Under the pieces are notes generated by a model, which saw nothing but the letters and a program-made list of their open reading frames with translations, searched no databases and was not told where the DNA came from. The position numbers were made by a program, and so were the translations under genes. A stretch of 63,979 bases of DNA, the filler included, from Diploschistes diacapsis (taxonomy: Eukaryota): NCBI GenBank assembly GCA_023645945.1. It is 4 parts of 4 records of this genome, joined end to end, with 100 filler letters (N's around TTAATTAATTAA, not from the genome) between each part and the next. Parts side by side here need not be neighbours in the genome. Positions count along the whole stretch, not along the records: positions 48,826 to 63,979 come from JALAIB010000570.1; 3 more parts are not named here. One strand, given 5' to 3'. Of the stretch, positions 58,321 to 63,979 are shown in pieces (positions within the stretch are counted from its first letter, which is position 1; each line of letters opens with the position of its first letter).

Positions 58321-60244
58321 ATGTCCTTCGCACCTATAAGAGGCTCTGCAAGTCCCCAGGTGGTGCCAGATCCATTTCTCAGCACCGACAGTGGCAGCAC
58401 GCCTTCCAGTAGCTTCACCTTTCTCGTGTCCGATCCCTCAAATCCCCATTTCCCCCGAGACGAAACATCATCCAAGCTCGACAAGTTTGCTCATACGCGC
58501 ACGAAGCGAAAGCGGACAAGGTAACAAGGCTCTATCTTCCCTTTGGTATGGCTTGCCTCTCTAATGCCAAACCAAACAGCCCAGAGGATTATGCCATATT
58601 AGAAGCAGAATACCACCGGAACTCAAAACCAGATAGACAGTGCAGAGAGGACCTTGTCAAGCGGGTTTCTCTCTCGGAGAAGGAAATCCAGGTAAGTTGA
58701 GACACCAACACGTCATCATTTGGGAGCTCTCTTCAGGGGAAAGCTAGAACTATAGCTCCCATCACCCGCGTGCTAATGGGTTTGCCACTCAGATATGGTT
58801 CCAGAACCGTCGTCAAATGTCTCGTCGGAAACGTCATACGTGGCAGCCTAACGAGATAACGTCGATCATCCGCTCAAGTCAGGACCCAGTCACCGATCCA
58901 GGGTCATCGGGAAGCCAGTTATCTTCCAGCCAGCCCTCGCCAAATGAAAGCATGGCACAACGGTTTGAGGAAGACCCGCAAAGCAGCCCAGCTGCCTGGA
59001 AAGATTCAGAACATACTGGCGATACAACAGGGGAAATTGTCGCCCAGGATTCTAGCGCGGACCAGAGTTTAACATCGGTTCATCTACCTCCTCAATTAGG
59101 CCACCATGGTGAGCAGGGTCAAAGAGCTACCACGCCTGCAATGGATTTGGTTGAATACTGGACTTGTGGGAACACAGCTGAATTGGAAACTACGGACAAC
59201 TTGAATGCTAGTGCGCAAATAGCGCAGAACAATGAAAAATTGGAGTCAACTGATTCGGAGAGTCCCTTGTCGAAACCCGAGGATCAGAATAGCATTGTTG
59301 CGACTCCCTCTAAGGGGCTCAAGCGCACTTCATCGATGGTAAGATTGTCCATGTCTCTTGACGGGAAAGCCTCTGTGGTCTTGAAGGGTAATACTCCTTC
59401 TCCGCCAAGCAAGCGACCAGCGCATATTATCACGGCGCGTTCAGGATTGCAAAGAAGCCAAAGTATGCTCTCTGGAAGCTCACAATCCACGTTAATCCCG
59501 CGCGAGGTACGACCGGCGTTGGCTATACCTAGGATGCCCGGTAGATCACGCGATGCCAGGACGTGGGAGTTCTATTGTGATAGCGATGTTCGAGAATCTT
59601 TGACCAAGACGGCCTACAACGATCAACGTGGCTCTGCAGCTGGCCCGATCCAGCTCATCAGATCCGGGTCTGCTAACCGTCAAGCTTTAGCGTCGACCAA
59701 CAGACAAAGTGTACAACACCACAAACAGGGATCATCCAAACGTAAGCTAGTTGCGGACCTCGACAAAAGCAAGCCCAAGCTTGCAAGAACTGCTTCGTCA
59801 TACGCTCGTTTGCAAGGCATCAAAGAAAGCACCACTGGAAAGTCCGATGACTTTTGCGGGAAACCAAGTTCTCAGCCCGCCCTGCGTCGCGATCCTTCAG
59901 GCGACTCGGACAAAGAGAACTGGGAGCCAGGCAGTCACCATAGCAATAGAAGGCCTAAAACGTCTGCGGCTCGTGTACCACGGACTTTCCAGCACGGAGT
60001 CTTGCAAGAAAGTGAAGGTATCTCAAGTCAGTTTTCAAGTGTAGGAACTCTAATGGAGCAAGAGAAACTTGGTACAAGAGGTGCTAAAAGGCGCTCGGAA
60101 TGCGAAGCGCGTCTGGACAAGGAGAACGAACAGGACGATGAGAAAGTCTCGAAGTCACTAGGAGCCACGACATCGGTACGTGGGGAAGATGATTTGGATG
60201 TGGTTCAGAGCCTATTGTCGTTAAGTCAAGGCGCTTGGCAGTAG
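58321..60244 (+). CDS. Homeobox transcription factor, Yox1-like; join(58321..58520,58580..58691,58793..60244)
   Basis: Spliced homeodomain KRKRTS-PEDYAILEAEY.RN.KPD...V.LSEKEIQ-IWFQNRRQMSRRK; conserved GRSRDARTWEFYCD, DSDKENW and terminal LLSLSQGAW. Confidence 0.9.
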
Positions 60245-60966
60245 GCGCCTTTGCCGATATGGTCATTTGGATATGTGAACTGGCGCAGGGATGCTTGCAT
60301 ACTGGTGCGAATCAAGTTTACTTGGTGGCCCGAGCCATGAACGAAATTCTTGGGCTTTCAAAGCCTCCACGATTCTCCTGTCATTCATTGTGTTAGGACT
60401 CTTAGTCGGAGCAACTTGAAGTTTGAGTGGGAACCGACCCCGCGTCATCATAACTATAGTATTCTACCAGATACCTCCCTACCCCTGCGGATGCGCTCGC
60501 TCTAACTTGTACCGGAGAGAACAAATATCTGTGAGAGAGATGCGGCGGTCTCATCTATCATAGTGTCTGACTCATTTGTTGTTTGCAATTATCTATTGTC
60601 TTCTTTGGGTGAGTGTGTTTAAGGTTCTTATCTTCGGATATGGATTTGTTTATGTACTTCACTTGCAAATTTCTAGATTGAGGAAGCACAAGCCAATCAT
60701 TGGTACACCTCCTCCCGATTGTAGAGTGCTTCCAACCGCTTGAGAATTAAGCCGGGCTGCAAGTGTTACTGTTATCCACTTTCACTCCCTCCAGTGCCCC
60801 TATAGAACGACCATTGTACCTTGAAGTTGATAATAGGTGGAAAAGCATGATTCTGGGGAGTACCCATCGCAGGCAGCAGATCAATGAGAACGACAATATT
60901 TCTAGAATTAAACAGGACCTCTCTGACTTTCAAAACGGAGCTAAGCTTTGGCAAAAGCAAGACCGC

Positions 60967-62739
60967 ATGCTAAGAACAATGGCGACGAGGTGGATAACGC
61001 GACGGCAGCCCAATGTTTGCATAGTGGGAGCAGGCGCTGCTGGCTTACAATGTGCAGATATACTGTTAGAGGCTGGTGTCAAAGTGACTATGTATGAGGG
61101 TAGAGGCCGGATAGGTGGACGCGTAAGTATGCACACAAACCAGATTCGTGAGCTAAGCGGCATAGATTCAACAAGAAACTTTGCATGGACACTCAGTCGA
61201 TTTGTTAGCTTCTACCAATCGATTTCGATGACTTGGCTGACTGCAGCACAGAGGCCCAAACTGGATACATGGGACAGATCACAATCCGATACTCGACCTT
61301 GCCAAGGAGACAAAGTCTATTGCATGTTCTGTTGACGAAGTATCGGCAACTTTTGACGAGAACGGAGACCTAATGAAGCAGTCGAGATCTGATCATCTCT
61401 CGGAACTCATGTGGAGTATCATAGCTGATGCATTCAAATACAGCAATGAATCCTCAGACATCTCGCCGAATCGAAGCTTAAAGGACTATTTCGTGGAAGA
61501 AGTTTCCAAAAGAGGCCTTAATCAGAATGATACCAGGATCGTTTTGCAGATGGCAGAGATTTGGGGCGGCTTCATTGGGGACCATGTAGAGCATCAGAGC
61601 TTAAGATACTTTTGGCTGGAGGAATGCATCGATGGGGGTATGCTTGCGGCTGAATTCGTGACCGATCGCAGACCTAACGACATGCAGAGAACCTCTTTTT
61701 ATCTAGTACCTACAAGGCTATTCTTGCTCGAATCGCAGACCGCGCACTCAAAGAGGCCACTATTCATTTGTCCAAACCCGTGCTATCTATAGACACATCG
61801 AATTTCTCCTCCACTCAGCCTGAGGTTTCAGTAACAGCGGAGGCCGGCAAAACCGAGTCGTTCGACGCGGTGGTGCTTACCGCTCCACTCGGATGTTTGA
61901 AGCGCTCCAAACCTGTCATCACACCTGCTTTGGACAGCCGTCTGCTCAAAGCTGTCAAGCAAATATCTTATGGCCGGCTTGAGAAAGCATTTGTATCCTT
62001 TGATACAGCGTTCTGGGATCGATTAGAGCCCACTTCCAAAACTGTCGATTCTGCAGCTCCAAAACCAGTTTTCAGGCATTTCCTGCACCCTCTCTATGCG
62101 GAGTCTAACCCGCATGCCTATGATGTTGGCATGATGTCGCTACACTCCCTTCCAGGAGGCATCATACATCCAACGCTTCTCTTCTACATTCATGGCCAAT
62201 TTGCAACGGACATGATCAACCTGCTGACCCCGTATGAGCCCGGCTCGGATGCTTACAACTCTGCCCTGCAGCGACTACTGCTACCATATTATAGCCGTTT
62301 GCCCAATTACGACGAAAACTTGCCAGAATGCAAGCCGCGCACACTATATGCAACTTCTTGGCAACGAGACGAGTTCGCCGGTTTCGGCTCGTATACGAAC
62401 TTTCAAATCCCGAACCCGCCAGTCGAAGAAGGGACAGACCATTATCCACACCTTGACGAAGATATCGAGGCTCTTCGGTATGGATCACCTGAGCGTGGTC
62501 TCTGGCTGGCCGGGGAGCATACTGCACCCTTCATTGCCCTTGGGACAGTCACGGGGGCGTATTGGTCAGGGAATGCAGTCGGTAAGAGGATTGTGAACTG
62601 GCTTGAAGGGGGAAGTATTGGAGAAGCGGAAAACGTCGGAGAAAGTTTGAAACAAAAGACCGGAAGAGTCGGCAGTGACGCCTCAACCGTACAAGTAGGC
62701 AAAGGCGGAGAAGCAGGTATCACCGGAGTAGAGAAATGA
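60967..62739 (+). CDS. Flavin-containing amine oxidase (polyamine oxidase/Fms1-like), multi-exon
   Basis: VCIVGAGAAGL..EGRGRIGGR, GPNWIHGT..NPI, FDAVVLTAPLGCLK, YGRLEKAFV.F..AFW, LAGEHTAPFIALGTVTGAYWSG. Start is 60967 or 60979. Confidence 0.92.
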
Positions 62740-62931
62740 TCACAGTACAGGCTGTATCATTGGTCCTTAGCGAGCTTAGAGACTGCATAGCGTTGTTCGC
62801 TCAAGGACCGTCCTTTCGCTACGGCTTTTCCAAATATCAAACGTCGTACAGTCGTACACATGCGTTCACAGGTGCCTCCGGTTTCAATCCACTATGTACA
62901 AGGCCAGATCCTAGAACCGTCTATCAGATGT

Positions 62932-63346
62932 TCAATTGCTCCTAGCTCCGCCTCGCGCTTCTCGTAGTTCATTCTGCTTGACCACCCTTCTCGTATATTC
63001 TGCAAATTGACACTTTTCATAGGAATGCCTCTCGTCCTGCCAATCATAAGCACAGTTGTGGATAGCTCCCTCCAAGACCGTACCTCGCACTTCCAGGGCA
63101 GGAACCATTCTTCTCTACGACACCGGTTCAAAGGGATCAGGAGGTGGGCGCAACTATCTCGATATGCCAGTGGAAGACGCTCGGCGGACATTTGCTCCCT
63201 GGTTGCGGCTAATAAAAATATCTTGTCAGCCAGCATTCGAGTCGCTTCGAACCTCGATAACTATAGTGTTACTATTAAGACGTACGGCCTGAAGGTGGTT
63301 GTCCATCCTCACCCAGCGCATGCTTAACGGTGTCGACTGGTGACAT
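62932..63346 (-). CDS. NDUFB7: NADH:ubiquinone oxidoreductase B18 subunit, 3 exons
   Basis: ATREQM..RLPLAYRDSCAHLLIPLNRCR..FLPWKCE-DERHSYEKCQ (twin Cx9C), ending RGGARSN*. Confidence 0.95.
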
Positions 63347-63607
63347 AATTGCTGGGTAATGGATAGAGCAGAGCTATGGGTTCAGAATAAGTCTGCAATG
63401 AGCAATTGAAGACTAGCAACTGCTTCTTCAAAGGATGAGGCACGGGAATTGACAAGCTGCAATGTAGAGTATAGAGCTACAGCTTCGGGGGTTGCGCGTT
63501 GTTCTTCTCGGCCCGAGGGGTTTCCTTGCCGTACCCGCGAACAATCGGGTAAAATCGGTAGAGTCGTGATCCAAGTACCCGAGCAGACCCTAGTTACCGA
63601 GCACGTG

Positions 63608-63979
63608 ATACAATAATAAAATTATAATAATAAATATTTAAAATAAAATATTTCTTAAAGTAATTAATTTGAAGCCCTATAAATCGAATAATAGTTATAT
63701 CTAATTCTATAAATTTATTTTATTATATCTAATCGCTAACGTCGACGCCGCTAACGATAAAAAACCTTCTTAAAATAACTAACCTTCTTTTCGGAACTAT
63801 CTTCTTATTTTTATATATTCTAACAGCCTAAAATATTGCTAACTTTTCTTTCTTAGCCTGCTTCTGCCTTTCCTGCCTATTAATCTCGTAGAATGCTTAT
63901 TCTTTCGTCTAACGCGCGTTAGTAGTTTTTATAAAAATTAAAAACTTATTTCTTATAATTACGATAATGTATTTACGTT
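63608..63979. repeat. AT-rich, RIP-like degenerate repeat
   Basis: Abrupt shift to very high AT with excess TpA, scarce CpA/TpG and retained CpG; family not identifiable. Confidence 0.65.

Overview
Fungal nuclear DNA from a filamentous ascomycete (short GT-AG introns with CTRAY branch points; Eurotiomycetes-like proteins is my inference). The window is four separate contigs joined by 100-bp artificial N44-TTAATTAATTAA-N44 spacers and apparently sorted by length, so neighbourhoods across the spacers mean nothing. Recognisable genes: CDC31 (5' exon only), GPI18/PIG-V, BLM10/PA200, a secreted A1 aspartic protease, a Boi1/2-type SH3-SAM-PH protein, a MIZ/SP-RING protein, a tandem-CCCH protein, an acyl-CoA dehydrogenase, INCENP, an SS18-like Q-rich protein, HIS5 (3' end), two NmrA-like reductases (one frameshifted), an Smr protein with a CaaX tail, a Yox1-like homeobox factor, a flavin amine oxidase and NDUFB7. 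Most interesting: (1) an apparently intact five-exon gene at 42134-43753, almost invisible in the ORF track, encoding a very divergent member of an uncharacterised fungal family with an embedded ubiquitin; its Ubl has lost the di-Gly, and it sits directly upstream of a dead canonical copy that shares three intron positions; (2) a tandem pair of divergent paralogues of an unrecognised coiled-coil family, one frameshifted; (3) recurring GC-rich islands that always switch from C-rich to G-rich regardless of gene orientation; (4) a 200-bp pogo/Fot1-type MITE, a deletion-riddled RSA4 relic, a transition-mutated TetX-like monooxygenase relic and a (CG)n slippage frameshift. All assignments come from manual translation and recalled family motifs; no database search was run.
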